Origin: Patescibacteria group bacterium | GTDB lineage: Bacteria; Patescibacteriota; Microgenomatia; UBA1400; PJMF01 | NCBI GenBank assembly: GCA_016861205.1 | Contig: BOKX01000001.1 | Coordinates: 392,539-456,538, forward strand | DNA length: 64,000 bases | Direction: 5' to 3' | Shown here: positions 19,989 through 28,770 of the stretch, piece by piece | Layout of the letters: each line of letters begins with the position of its first letter | Numbering within the stretch: the first letter of the stretch is position 1 | Notes under the pieces: model-generated | Told to the model about the DNA's origin: nothing | Database searches by the model: none | Seen by the model: the letters and a program-made list of their open reading frames with translations, nothing else | Made by a program: the position numbers and the translations under genes

Positions 19989-20665
19989 TCCTCGCGCAAG
20001 ATATATCCCAGACCACGAACAGTTTGTAACATGCTCGCACTGTTACCGAGCTTCATCCGCAACCGACGCATGTATACCTCGATCGTCACATCACTTGGCA
20101 CGACGGCATGGTTCCCCCAGACTTCATTTACCAAACGTTCCCGTGTCACTACTTGATTCTTATAGCGGCATAAGCACCAAAAAACTTGGGCTTCGCGCCG
20201 ACGAAGTACCAATGTACGATTTGCGACTTCCATCACCCCTGTTTCAGGGTAAAACAATATCTGACCAACTCTAACTGCAGTGGGTGGCTTGGGTTTTTCT
20301 AGGTGCAACAGTTTGCGAACTCGCCACATGCACTCATCCCAAGCAAATGGTTTAACTAGGTAATCATCAGCTCCGGCGACAAATCCTGCTACTCGATCAG
20401 CCACCTGGTAGCGATTGCTGATCATCATGGTTCGCGTTGGACGTGGTGAACGGGACACGTGCGTTAAAAGTTGTAACCCGTCCCCATCCGGCAGTTCTTG
20501 GTCGACCACCATGACGTCGTAGCTGGCAGTTTCCAAGCACTCGAGAGCCGCTTCCACAGAGTTGACGCGATGCACCTGGCACTGCAAGTTTTGGATGTTT
20601 TTAGCCAACAAGCCTCCCAAAACTGAGTGAGGCTCGACAATCAGAACAGCAGCCACCAGATGCAC
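19985..20665 (-). CDS. OmpR-family response regulator (receiver + winged-helix DNA-binding), atypical acidic pocket
   Basis: The receiver has the phospho-acceptor context 'VMVVDQELPDGDG', 'MMIS' and 'DYLVKPF', but 'LIVEPH' replaces the usual DD pair. The C-terminus 'VLRRREAQVFWCL...VWG...SDVTIEVYMRRLRMKLG' is an OmpR wHTH. There is no adjacent histidine kinase. Confidence 0.7.
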   Translation of the reverse strand: MHLVAAVLIVEPHSVLGGLLAKNIQNLQCQVHRVNSVEAALECLETASYDVMVVDQELPDGDGLQLLTHVSRSPRPTRTMMISNRYQVADRVAGFVAGADDYLVKPFAWDECMWRVRKLLHLEKPKPPTAVRVGQILFYPETGVMEVANRTLVLRRREAQVFWCLCRYKNQVVTRERLVNEVWGNHAVVPSDVTIEVYMRRLRMKLGNSASMLQTVRGLGYILRED

Positions 20666-20678
20666 TTTCTAAGGCAGT

Positions 20679-20706
20679 TTGGTATACTTCACAGCGCAAC
20701 TATACT
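20679..20706 (+). promoter_or_regulatory. Putative sigma70-like promoter for tRNA-Gln (TTGGTA-16-TATACT)
   Basis: The -35/-10-like hexamers have 16-nt spacing and lie about 45 nt upstream of the tRNA 5' end. Confidence 0.3.
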
Positions 20707-20751
20707 GCGGAGAGATTAAAAAAAGATTAAATCAGCTCGAAGCACACAGCT

Positions 20752-20822
20752 TCCCGGATAGTGAAGTGGCATCACAACAGGTTCTGACCCTGTTATCCTA
20801 GGTTCGAATCCTAGTCCGGGAT
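20752..20822 (+). tRNA. tRNA-Gln (anticodon CUG); CCA not encoded
   Basis: Manual fold gives a 7-bp acceptor TCCCGGA/TCCGGGA, D-stem GTGA/TCAC and anticodon stem ACAGG/CCTGT with loop TTCTGAC (U33, CUG, A37). The T-arm is CTAGG-TTCGAAT-CCTAG and the discriminator is T. The following sequence 'CACCA' is not an in-register CCA. Confidence 0.8.
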
Positions 20823-20832
20823 CACCATAATC

Positions 20833-21309
20833 ATGTCAGATCTCTTAACCATTCTCGACCAACTTGGCATTGTTAGTACTCGCTATGACCACCCGGCAGT
20901 TTTTACTGTCGCAGATGCAGAAAAGTATGAACGTGGACAGGCTGCCAAAAGTAAAAATTTGTTCCTAAGAGATAAAAAAGGTGCTCGACACTTTCTGGTC
21001 GTGTTGGCTGCCGAGAAACGAGTTGATCTGGCTAAACTGGGAGTAACGTTGAACGTCAAGAACTTGAGTTTCGCTTCACCATCCAGATTACTGCAGTATT
21101 TGCAGTTAACACCTGGTTCAGTTTCACCGTTCGGCCTGATACATGACCGTGACAAGCGTGTCGAAGTTGTTGTCGATCAGAGTTTACTCAAAGAAACCGA
21201 ACAAGGATTTCATCCTAACACCAACACCGCCACTCTCATCATCAGCACTGATGATTTTCTAAAGTTCCTCAGCTGGACAGGTAACAAAATTACGACAGTT
21301 GAGATTTGA
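20833..21309 (+). CDS. YbaK/ProX-family aminoacyl-tRNA deacylase
   Basis: 158 aa with 'YDHPAVFTVADAEKY...KSKNLFLRDKKG..FLVVLAAEKRVDLAKL', the typical YbaK/ProX trans-editing domain. Confidence 0.7.
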   Translation: MSDLLTILDQLGIVSTRYDHPAVFTVADAEKYERGQAAKSKNLFLRDKKGARHFLVVLAAEKRVDLAKLGVTLNVKNLSFASPSRLLQYLQLTPGSVSPFGLIHDRDKRVEVVVDQSLLKETEQGFHPNTNTATLIISTDDFLKFLSWTGNKITTVEI

Positions 21310-21327
21310 TTTCAGCGAGATACGCTT

Positions 21328-22986
21328 TCAAGTTGAGCCGTACAACTTTTCCTGGTACTCTGCCAACATTCTTTTTGCCGAAAACTTCTCGCTCAACTTC
21401 ATGGACGCCTGCATGCGTTTTACCCATTCCTCGGGAATACCGTGTTCGTTGCGGTTGTAAAACATAGGCACAACTTCGGTTTCCAGAACTCGGTAGATAT
21501 CCTGGCTGACGTTTTGGTCACTGAGTGTCCAACCAATCCCCGCCCAGTCAACTTCAGTGGTCCAACCATCAATCGTCGTGCATTGGAGTACTCCATTACT
21601 AATCGCTTTCATGCCAGAGGTACCGCAGGCTTCCCGCCCGGCCTCGGGTGTATTGAGCCATAGGTCTGAACCTTGTGCCAGATGGCGAGCCACATCGAGG
21701 TCATAGTTGGGAATAAACAACGCGTGGCCAGCAAGTTCTGTCTGGAACAGTTGGATAATGCTTTGGAGTTGTTGTTTGCCAGCGGAGTCGTACCGATGGG
21801 CCTTGCCTGACATCAAGATTTGAATTGGCCGATCGAGTTGCTTTACCAACGCCACCAGTCTAGTGATGTCATCAAACAAAGCTCCGAATCGTTTGTACCC
21901 AGCCAGCCGCCTAGCCCAAGTGATGACCAACTGATCTGGGTTGTATCCAAAGCCAGTTCTGTCATGCACAAAGTTGGCGAGGGTCCGCTTGTTTTCGATG
22001 TGTCGACGCCACAAACCAGCGGGATCATTGACCAGACTGGCTGTGGTCGCATCTTGCCAAGTTGGGAGATGGACGCCGTTGGTGATGTTCACCCAAGTGT
22101 AGCCAGGCCAGGTCTTGGCTGACAGGTCCGTGTGCAGTTGACTAACACCCGAAGCCCGCCGCGAGGTGTTGAGTGCAAACCGAGTGACATAAAATCGGTC
22201 AGGATCGTTTTCTTTGCCTGGATCCAAGAGCGTCTCGACACTGATCCCCATTTTCTGGGCGTAGTACGTAGCATAGCGCTTGAGTAAGTGACTGTCATAA
22301 CCTTGGTTACCTGCTGCCACCAAGGTGTGATTCGTGTAAACCGTTTTTTGCTTAGCCTGCTCACGAGCCTCATCAAAATGTAAACCATGATCATCCATGT
22401 ATGAGCGAATTAGTTGCCAGTGCAGAAAAGCAGGTCGCCCCTCTTGCACATGGTACATCGTGGGGTGAATGTCCAAAGCGTGGAGCAGCTTGACTCCACC
22501 GATCCCCAGGATCAGTTGTTGCTTGATAACAGTTTCTTCGGTACCAGCGTACAGTACATGCGTAATACTGCGCTCACTAATTTGGTTTTGGTCGGTGTCA
22601 GTATCTAAGAGATACAACGAAACTTTGTCTGACAAAGTCTTTTTCCAGCATCGTACCCAGACATCGATTTCGGTTAAGTGCACCTTGATGAACAACGGCA
22701 TATCATCCACATACACGTGTTCCAAACCTGCCGCCACCGGATCAAACGGCTGATCAGCTTCCTGCTGCTCGCCCTCTTGAGTCAAAACTTGAATCGCTGC
22801 TTCACCTCGGTACAGCAACCCAATCCCAACCATGGGCACTTGATCATCGGCCGCCTGTTTTAAGGTGTCACCAGCCAAAACGCCGAGTCCACCTGCGTAC
22901 CACGGCAGATAGCTTTCCAAACCAAACTCAGCACAGAAATAAGCAATAGGACCAGTGTGGTGGTCATTCTGAGGAACAGCCGACAT
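21328..22986 (-). CDS. glgP: Alpha-glucan (glycogen/maltodextrin) phosphorylase, short GT35 form
   Basis: 552 aa with an N-terminal 'YFCAEFGL...GGLGVLAGD' region and 'EACGTSGMKAISNG', the pyridoxal-phosphate lysine motif of GT35. Confidence 0.8.
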   Translation of the reverse strand: MSAVPQNDHHTGPIAYFCAEFGLESYLPWYAGGLGVLAGDTLKQAADDQVPMVGIGLLYRGEAAIQVLTQEGEQQEADQPFDPVAAGLEHVYVDDMPLFIKVHLTEIDVWVRCWKKTLSDKVSLYLLDTDTDQNQISERSITHVLYAGTEETVIKQQLILGIGGVKLLHALDIHPTMYHVQEGRPAFLHWQLIRSYMDDHGLHFDEAREQAKQKTVYTNHTLVAAGNQGYDSHLLKRYATYYAQKMGISVETLLDPGKENDPDRFYVTRFALNTSRRASGVSQLHTDLSAKTWPGYTWVNITNGVHLPTWQDATTASLVNDPAGLWRRHIENKRTLANFVHDRTGFGYNPDQLVITWARRLAGYKRFGALFDDITRLVALVKQLDRPIQILMSGKAHRYDSAGKQQLQSIIQLFQTELAGHALFIPNYDLDVARHLAQGSDLWLNTPEAGREACGTSGMKAISNGVLQCTTIDGWTTEVDWAGIGWTLSDQNVSQDIYRVLETEVVPMFYNRNEHGIPEEWVKRMQASMKLSEKFSAKRMLAEYQEKLYGST

Positions 22987-22994
22987 GAACTCTA

Positions 22995-24227
22995 TTATGG
23001 CTGATAAAACACAAACTGACCATCCCGGTACAGTTCGCGGCGCTCACCGGACTTTAAAATCGCCGTCACGGTTCGATCAGTGGTAGTAACAATATCAGTG
23101 TGCTCGGCTGAGTCATTGAATCCCTTGGCCAACCAATCTTCTTTGGTTAGCTTAGTGGCATCACCTCGATAGCAATCTTTGTAGGCCATGCCGACCGCCA
23201 GGTGCATGTTTCCAAACGGACCGCTGATGTTTTCGTCGAACAACGTCTCGGCCATCACGTGGGTAATGCGAGACATTCGCCGATCGGTGAGTGAAAACTC
23301 ACCAACTTTATCGGCGTGTGGACTCTTGAACATTTGATCCAGCAGCGCTTGTCCCTGACTTGCGGTAGCTTTTGTGACTAAGCCGTTGTGAAACTCCAGC
23401 CGCACATCAGCCATAACTTGACCATAGCGATACACCGGCTGATTAAACTTAATCCAGCCTTCAGTGCCACGCCAATCTGGTGAGGTAAAGAACTCGAAAC
23501 TGGGAATGTTCCGGCCGCTGCCACCTTGCCAAATACGATCTTCACCCAGCTTGACTTTCAAGTCCATGTCATCGCCTTTGACTTCCAACCACTCAATTGG
23601 CCAACTATTGAGCTCTTGCTTGATCTCTTCTTGCATCGCCGAGATGCGTTTCCATTCGGTGACAGGGTCAGGGGTATCTAAAAAGCAGGCTTGAATAATC
23701 TGATCCCAATAGGCTTCCAGTGTTAAACCCACCGCTTTGGCTTTGGCTGGCACGCCCCAGAGCGCGAGTGTCCACGTAAACTTGCCATGCGTCTCTTTAT
23801 CTACCAACCACTCCCGGTAACCTTTTTTGGCGTCACGAGCCATGATAATTTTCTCAGGATCTACTTCTTTCAAGTCATAAGGATCAACATCCGCCAAAAC
23901 ACCAATATGATGATCGAGCAACTCGACTTTAGTGCGCAAGTACTTTTCAGGGAAAAATCGGAGCTGGTCGGCGTTGGCCAAAGTAAAGAAGTCTTTGTCA
24001 AAACCGGTCGGCATCAACCGAATCATCGGGTGCGCACCAGCCTCTAACAAGACATTTTGCAGTTGGAGGGCTAACGGTTTAGCCACATCGGGTACTACAC
24101 ACTCAACTACCTCACCGGCTTTGACACCCTGGCCACCGTTTAAGGCGTATAGCACCAGCACTTCGGCGTACTTGCGCAGTAGCTGAATTGGTGGTTGGTA
24201 AGAATCGGCTGACTTTGCTCTAGGCAT
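22995..24227 (-). CDS. Aminopeptidase, M29 (AmpS/PepS) family
   Basis: The N-terminal 'LLRKYAEVLVLYALNGGQGVKAGEVV' resembles the M29 'LEKYAELAVKVGVN..G' block. Start chosen at M11; the ORF-track M1 (24257) would overlap rdgB by 38 nt. Confidence 0.6.
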   Translation of the reverse strand: MPRAKSADSYQPPIQLLRKYAEVLVLYALNGGQGVKAGEVVECVVPDVAKPLALQLQNVLLEAGAHPMIRLMPTGFDKDFFTLANADQLRFFPEKYLRTKVELLDHHIGVLADVDPYDLKEVDPEKIIMARDAKKGYREWLVDKETHGKFTWTLALWGVPAKAKAVGLTLEAYWDQIIQACFLDTPDPVTEWKRISAMQEEIKQELNSWPIEWLEVKGDDMDLKVKLGEDRIWQGGSGRNIPSFEFFTSPDWRGTEGWIKFNQPVYRYGQVMADVRLEFHNGLVTKATASQGQALLDQMFKSPHADKVGEFSLTDRRMSRITHVMAETLFDENISGPFGNMHLAVGMAYKDCYRGDATKLTKEDWLAKGFNDSAEHTDIVTTTDRTVTAILKSGERRELYRDGQFVFYQP

Positions 24228-24849
24228 AGTGTTCCTCCAAGTAAACTCGTAGCGCATCCAAAGCCCGGCGGCGGTGACTCACTTGTTGCTTGATGGCTGG
24301 TCCCAACTCAGCAAACGTCAGTTGGTTGGCTGGCTGGTCGGGTAAATCCGGGATAAACACCGTATCATAGCCCAAACCTTCAGTCACATCCTGCTCAGCA
24401 ATCTTAGTCGCAATCTGTCCCGTAACTTGGCCTTCAAATAGCTTTGTTTGACCGGTGGTTGCATCAAACAAACACAGCGCTGTCACAAACCGAGCTGACC
24501 GATCAGGATTTCCTTCAGCAGCCAGTTCACTGAGCAAGCGTTGGTTGCGTGCTTCGGCGGTTGGTCCGTAGCGCTTGGCGTGAACACCTGGCTCACCGTG
24601 CAACGCGGTCACTTCTAAACCAGTATCATCCGCAACAGTTAGAACGTGCGCGGCTTGCCCAAAGGCAATAGCTTTTTTGGTGGCGTTGGCGGCCAGAGTC
24701 TGGCCATCTTCCACGACATCCAGACTGGCTACCGCCGGCACCTGACTCGGCACCAGCACCTCCCAGCCTAAGGGACGGAGGAGCTGCGACAACTCTTCCG
24801 CTTTGCCTCGATTGTGAGTAGCGAGCAACAGGGTGTGTTTTTTGGCCAC
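24220..24849 (-). CDS. rdgB: Non-canonical purine NTP pyrophosphatase (RdgB/HAM1)
   Basis: Carries 'LLLATHNRGKAEEL' and 'TFAELGPAIKQQVSHRRRAL', the canonical RdgB/Ham1 motifs. Confidence 0.8.
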   Translation of the reverse strand: MAKKHTLLLATHNRGKAEELSQLLRPLGWEVLVPSQVPAVASLDVVEDGQTLAANATKKAIAFGQAAHVLTVADDTGLEVTALHGEPGVHAKRYGPTAEARNQRLLSELAAEGNPDRSARFVTALCLFDATTGQTKLFEGQVTGQIATKIAEQDVTEGLGYDTVFIPDLPDQPANQLTFAELGPAIKQQVSHRRRALDALRVYLEEHYA

Positions 24850-24852
24850 GAA

Positions 24853-25143
24853 TTATTCGGCTTTATTGCCGCCCATCATGCCTGCCAAACCACCAGTCAT
24901 TTCCTGGAGTTTTTTGGCGGCTAGTTCTTGAGACTTTTTGATGGCTTTGTTGAGAACGTCGATGGCGTCTTGACTGGTGATACCCTGCACTGAAAAAGCT
25001 TTGATTTTCTGGTCACCAGAAATCACAACTCGGATATCGCCTTCTTCAACTACGATTTCTTCAGCAGCTAACTGTTGCTGCATCTGCTTAGCTTGTTGGC
25101 GGAGTTGATTGAGATCGCCCAACGCTTTAAATGGATTTGCCAT
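24853..25143 (-). CDS. ybaB: Nucleoid-associated protein YbaB/EbfC
   Basis: 96 aa with 'MANPFKALGDLNQLRQQAKQMQQQL..'. It lies immediately downstream of dnaX, the conserved dnaX-ybaB synteny. Confidence 0.85.
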   Translation of the reverse strand: MANPFKALGDLNQLRQQAKQMQQQLAAEEIVVEEGDIRVVISGDQKIKAFSVQGITSQDAIDVLNKAIKKSQELAAKKLQEMTGGLAGMMGGNKAE

Positions 25144-25232
25144 GTGACTCCTTTACAACTAACTCTAGGCGGCATTGTACTAGAACCCATCCCATAATGC
25201 CAGATTTGAATAGCTAAGACCTAATAAAACCA

Positions 25233-26879
25233 CTACGTTAACACATCTGCCACCAACGTATTAAGCGCCGCTTGCGGGTCGGCTCCATCTGGAACGGATA
25301 TCGGCGGCGTCTCGAGGATAAACTCCACTGGCACCAAAGTGCCAATTAGTTCATGGATTGATTCATCAACCATTTTCTTAAATTTTGGTTGTTGCAGCTG
25401 TTCTTGATGAAATCGATAAAAGACGCAAATCTGGGCCTGGCCTTGCTGTCCCAGCTGCGGTCGAGCTGAACCCAAGATGGCCGCCAGTGAAGAGTTGCGT
25501 TGCTTAACACCAGTGATGAACTCTTGCCATTTATTCAGTAACTTAGCACTCACTTCAGGATCAGGTTGAATCAGGTCGTCACTAATTAGTGTTGGCGGCA
25601 CCACCTCAGTTTCTGGTGAAACATCTGGCGCTTCCAACTTGGGGCTCGGGGAGGTAACTAAGGATGACTCTGATGAAACCTCAGTCACTACTCGATCGAC
25701 TACTGACTTGGCAGCTGGCTCAGGTTTGGCAACTGCCTTGGCGGCAGTTTTCCCACCAGAAGTGGTTGGGCCTTCACTTCCACGCTGTTTATCTTTCGCG
25801 CGAAAGACAAGCTCAAGACACTTTAGCTCCAACGCTAACAAAACAATGGGTGAGTTTGCCGCCAGCTCAACCTGTGAAAACTCTTGCAACAAGAAAACTA
25901 ACACCCGCTCAGTGTAAGGTGCCTGACCCTGCTCCACACCGAGGGCTTGCATCAACTGGGCATGCAACCGCAACACTACCATTTTCTCAACCAAACCAGC
26001 TGGCAAGCCTCTCGACCGCCAGGTTTGACAAATCTCAACGACTTTGGCTTCTTCTTTATGGACCACCGCCGCCACCAATTGATCTATTTCTTGACCAAGT
26101 GTGCCTACTAATCGCTGGCTGACAGCCTCTAGAGTTAAACCGCCTAGTTCACTCGACAACTGTTCTGCTAACTTCACAGCATCACGGAAGCTACCATCAG
26201 CTTGTTCTGCTATTAGGGACAAAGCTCCAGTTTCAGTCTTCACTCCTTCGGCTTTGGTAATACCTTGCAGAGCGGTAACTAACTCGTCGATGGTGGCTTT
26301 GCTAAATTGAATCAAAGTGCATCGAGAAACTACGGTGGCTGGCAACTTGTGTAACTCTGTCGTAGCCAAAATAAACATGACATGGGCTGGCGGTTCTTCG
26401 AGCAGTTTGAGGAGGGCATTAAATGCCTCCGTGGTCAGCATGTGCACTTCATCAAGAATCACGACCGATACAGCACCTTCTGTTGGTGGGACCGCAACTC
26501 GTTCCTTGAGAGCACGAACATCATCAATACCTCGATGACTTGCGGCATCGAGTTCTTGAACATTGAAAGCCTGACCGGTTTTGATCCGACTAACGAGTGG
26601 ATCATCATAGTCTGGTTCGCTCAGCGGTCGCGGGCTGACGGGGGCTGTGGTTTTGGCTGCTGAAAACTGCGCTGTGACCTGCTCGGCGTTGCTCGGAGTA
26701 TTGACCAAAGCTGCCAAAATACGGGCAGTAGATGTCTTTCCTGTACCCTTAGGACCAGCAAACAACCAAACTTGCGGGAGTTTGCCATTCTGCAACAGTC
26801 GCTGCAACTGCTCCCGCACAGAAGTTAGGTGCAGTTGGTCGACTTTAGCTGGTCGATAGGTTCGGTACCAAGCGCTCAT
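25233..26879 (-). CDS. dnaX: DNA polymerase III subunit gamma/tau
   Basis: N-terminal 'YRTYRPAKVDQL...FAGPKGTGKTSTARILAALVN' with Walker A, plus the 'VVILDEVHML' DExx box. Confidence 0.9.
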   Translation of the reverse strand: MSAWYRTYRPAKVDQLHLTSVREQLQRLLQNGKLPQVWLFAGPKGTGKTSTARILAALVNTPSNAEQVTAQFSAAKTTAPVSPRPLSEPDYDDPLVSRIKTGQAFNVQELDAASHRGIDDVRALKERVAVPPTEGAVSVVILDEVHMLTTEAFNALLKLLEEPPAHVMFILATTELHKLPATVVSRCTLIQFSKATIDELVTALQGITKAEGVKTETGALSLIAEQADGSFRDAVKLAEQLSSELGGLTLEAVSQRLVGTLGQEIDQLVAAVVHKEEAKVVEICQTWRSRGLPAGLVEKMVVLRLHAQLMQALGVEQGQAPYTERVLVFLLQEFSQVELAANSPIVLLALELKCLELVFRAKDKQRGSEGPTTSGGKTAAKAVAKPEPAAKSVVDRVVTEVSSESSLVTSPSPKLEAPDVSPETEVVPPTLISDDLIQPDPEVSAKLLNKWQEFITGVKQRNSSLAAILGSARPQLGQQGQAQICVFYRFHQEQLQQPKFKKMVDESIHELIGTLVPVEFILETPPISVPDGADPQAALNTLVADVLT

Positions 26880-26897
26880 AGTTCAATCAAACCCTAA

Positions 26898-27287
26898 CTA
26901 CTCATGGTGATAGCCCAATAAGTGCATGAGGCCATGTTCCAAGTAAAAACAAATTTGGTCATCAACCAGTTTACCAAACCGTTTGGCGGACCGGACGGCC
27001 TCAGGGAAACTGATCACGATGTCCCCCAAGTGAGGTGGGACTCCACTCGGCAACGGAAAGTCATCAAGTTGGTGCCGCTCGTGTTGGGGAAAGGACAGCA
27101 CATCAGTTTCACCTTCGTGCTTCAGTTGCGACTCATTGAGTTCTTTAATTTTGCGCGCACCAACCACTGAGACATCAACCTGAGCGTGAGTTACCCCATG
27201 TTCGGCTAAAACGCGCTCGACGGTGGACCGTAACTTGCGTCGATTGACGCTAAACCGAGACCCAACTGAAACGTTCGTCACAATCAT
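26898..27287 (-). CDS. ybeY: Endoribonuclease YbeY (rRNA maturation factor)
   Basis: 129 aa with the C-terminal 'HGLMHLLGYHHE' zinc-binding H3xH5xxxH motif. Confidence 0.8.
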   Translation of the reverse strand: MIVTNVSVGSRFSVNRRKLRSTVERVLAEHGVTHAQVDVSVVGARKIKELNESQLKHEGETDVLSFPQHERHQLDDFPLPSGVPPHLGDIVISFPEAVRSAKRFGKLVDDQICFYLEHGLMHLLGYHHE

Positions 27288-27294
27288 AAAAACC

Positions 27295-27558
27295 TCATGA
27301 CACTTGGCGATCTAGTTCTGCCTGTAACTGGGCAGCAGTGGCATTAATATGATCGCTAATTTGCAGTGTAATACCTGGCAACAAACTTTCCAACCAGGGC
27401 AATAGGTCGGCTGGTGGCTGGGCAATGCCTTCACACACTTGCTGCACAAGTTGCAACTGAGCCGCATCAAGCTGGCCAGCTTCAGCGGCTTTGAGTGCAG
27501 CTTGCATAATAGTGTCTTTGGCCAAGGCACCAAAAGTGGCGGCTACGACATTAACCAT
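27295..27558 (-). CDS. Small hypothetical protein
   Basis: ORF of 87 aa taken from M9. It is alanine/glutamine-rich and helical with no recognisable motif. Confidence 0.3.
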   Translation of the reverse strand: MVNVVAATFGALAKDTIMQAALKAAEAGQLDAAQLQLVQQVCEGIAQPPADLLPWLESLLPGITLQISDHINATAAQLQAELDRQVS

Positions 27559-27734
27559 TTTGGTCTGTCTCCTCCATCGCACCTAAGTCATATAACTGGC
27601 GCGCCGTATCTGTCAGTGATAATTGGTCAGGACCAAGTGTTTCCCAAAAGATGGCATCTTCGACCATGGCTCGTGGAGTTTCAAGTTCAGCTGGTGGGAT
27701 CATTGGGCTGGTTTCAATCATAGGCTCCTTGCAG

Positions 27735-28685
27735 TTATGACTCCAAGTTCGGGGCTTCTAAGTTAATCGGCCCTAACGGAATTTGGTTGGCAGGATCATC
27801 GACAAAGTACAACAGGACGCGACCTCGGCTGGCCTTACTCCAGATTCTACCTTCCCGGATCACTTCTGGCGAGCCGCCAAACTGTTTCTTAACCCACAAG
27901 GCCGGTCCGGCGTCACCGACTACGCCAACAACCGCCACTTTTTCGGCCGGGTTGACCACCACCATTTTACGGAACTTGTACCACTCCTTCAAGTAAGGGT
28001 GGTCAGTGTTCCAGTTCGGTAAATACAACGTCTGCACTGCAAAGTAATACTTCTCTCGCTGGATGGCTTCGGCGGTTAATTGGCCTTGGTCGGTAAACCA
28101 ACCAAATGCCCCTCGATTAGGAGCAATCCCAGACTCCTGATATGCGTCATGTTGGTCAATCCCATCTCCTGGGAAACGCTTCAAATGTTGTTCCCCGCCC
28201 ATAATGCCTAAGCTGTGATTGAGTCGGTTGCCATCTAGTTCGGCGGCAACAGGAAAACCCAGAATATCACTCAACTGTTGCTCAATGTACAACTCTTCTG
28301 ATCGCTCCAGGTGGCCGGGTGCTTGGTGCACAGCCTGATCCAGTTTGGCCATAATCGAGTCAAATTCTTCTTGGCTCATTTGATTCAGTTCGCTAGCGGC
28401 TGGAGTAGCCACCTGTCCACTTTGACCAGCACTGGCGACAACTTGGGCTCTGACTTGCTCAAGACTTGGCAATGGACTAGGGTTCTGCATGGCAATCGTG
28501 CCAGCGAGCGAAGCTGCAGCCAAAGCCTGCTGTGAAGTTTGGCGCAGTTTTTCAAGCTGAGCGGTGTGCTGGCTCAACCAAGCATTGACCTTTTGAGAGG
28601 TGCTTTGGTACTGTTGGCGCGCCGCGCTATACCACTGTGTGGTCAGTTTTTGGGGTAGTGGTTTTTGCACTGGGGCAGCCATCAT
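27735..28685 (-). CDS. Hypothetical protein with a possible C-terminal RlpA/DPBB-like (3D-like) domain
   Basis: 316 aa. 'KMVVVNPAEKVAVVGVVGDAGPALW' resembles the RlpA 'VxVxNxxNGxSVVVRVNDRGPF' double-psi beta-barrel segment. Confidence 0.3.
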   Translation of the reverse strand: MMAAPVQKPLPQKLTTQWYSAARQQYQSTSQKVNAWLSQHTAQLEKLRQTSQQALAAASLAGTIAMQNPSPLPSLEQVRAQVVASAGQSGQVATPAASELNQMSQEEFDSIMAKLDQAVHQAPGHLERSEELYIEQQLSDILGFPVAAELDGNRLNHSLGIMGGEQHLKRFPGDGIDQHDAYQESGIAPNRGAFGWFTDQGQLTAEAIQREKYYFAVQTLYLPNWNTDHPYLKEWYKFRKMVVVNPAEKVAVVGVVGDAGPALWVKKQFGGSPEVIREGRIWSKASRGRVLLYFVDDPANQIPLGPINLEAPNLES

Positions 28686-28770
28686 AAACGTCTGTAGCTA
28701 TTGGCAGTCGTACTTCAGTGTAGCAAGAAAACCTGTCCTTCACTAGTTGGGGCAATCCATGTACCGGACA

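Noticed and set aside
20823-20827. 'CACCA' after the tRNA, considered as a possible encoded CCA end
   Set aside because: With the 7-bp acceptor stem and T discriminator fixed, the next bases are C-A-C-C-A. This is not in register for a templated CCA, so I treat CCA as not encoded.
20666-20832. tRNA-flanked region, considered as a possible integration hotspot or genomic island boundary
   Set aside because: No integrase, transposase, direct repeat of the tRNA 3' end, or compositional shift is visible on either side. The flanking genes are core (response regulator, YbaK, glgP).
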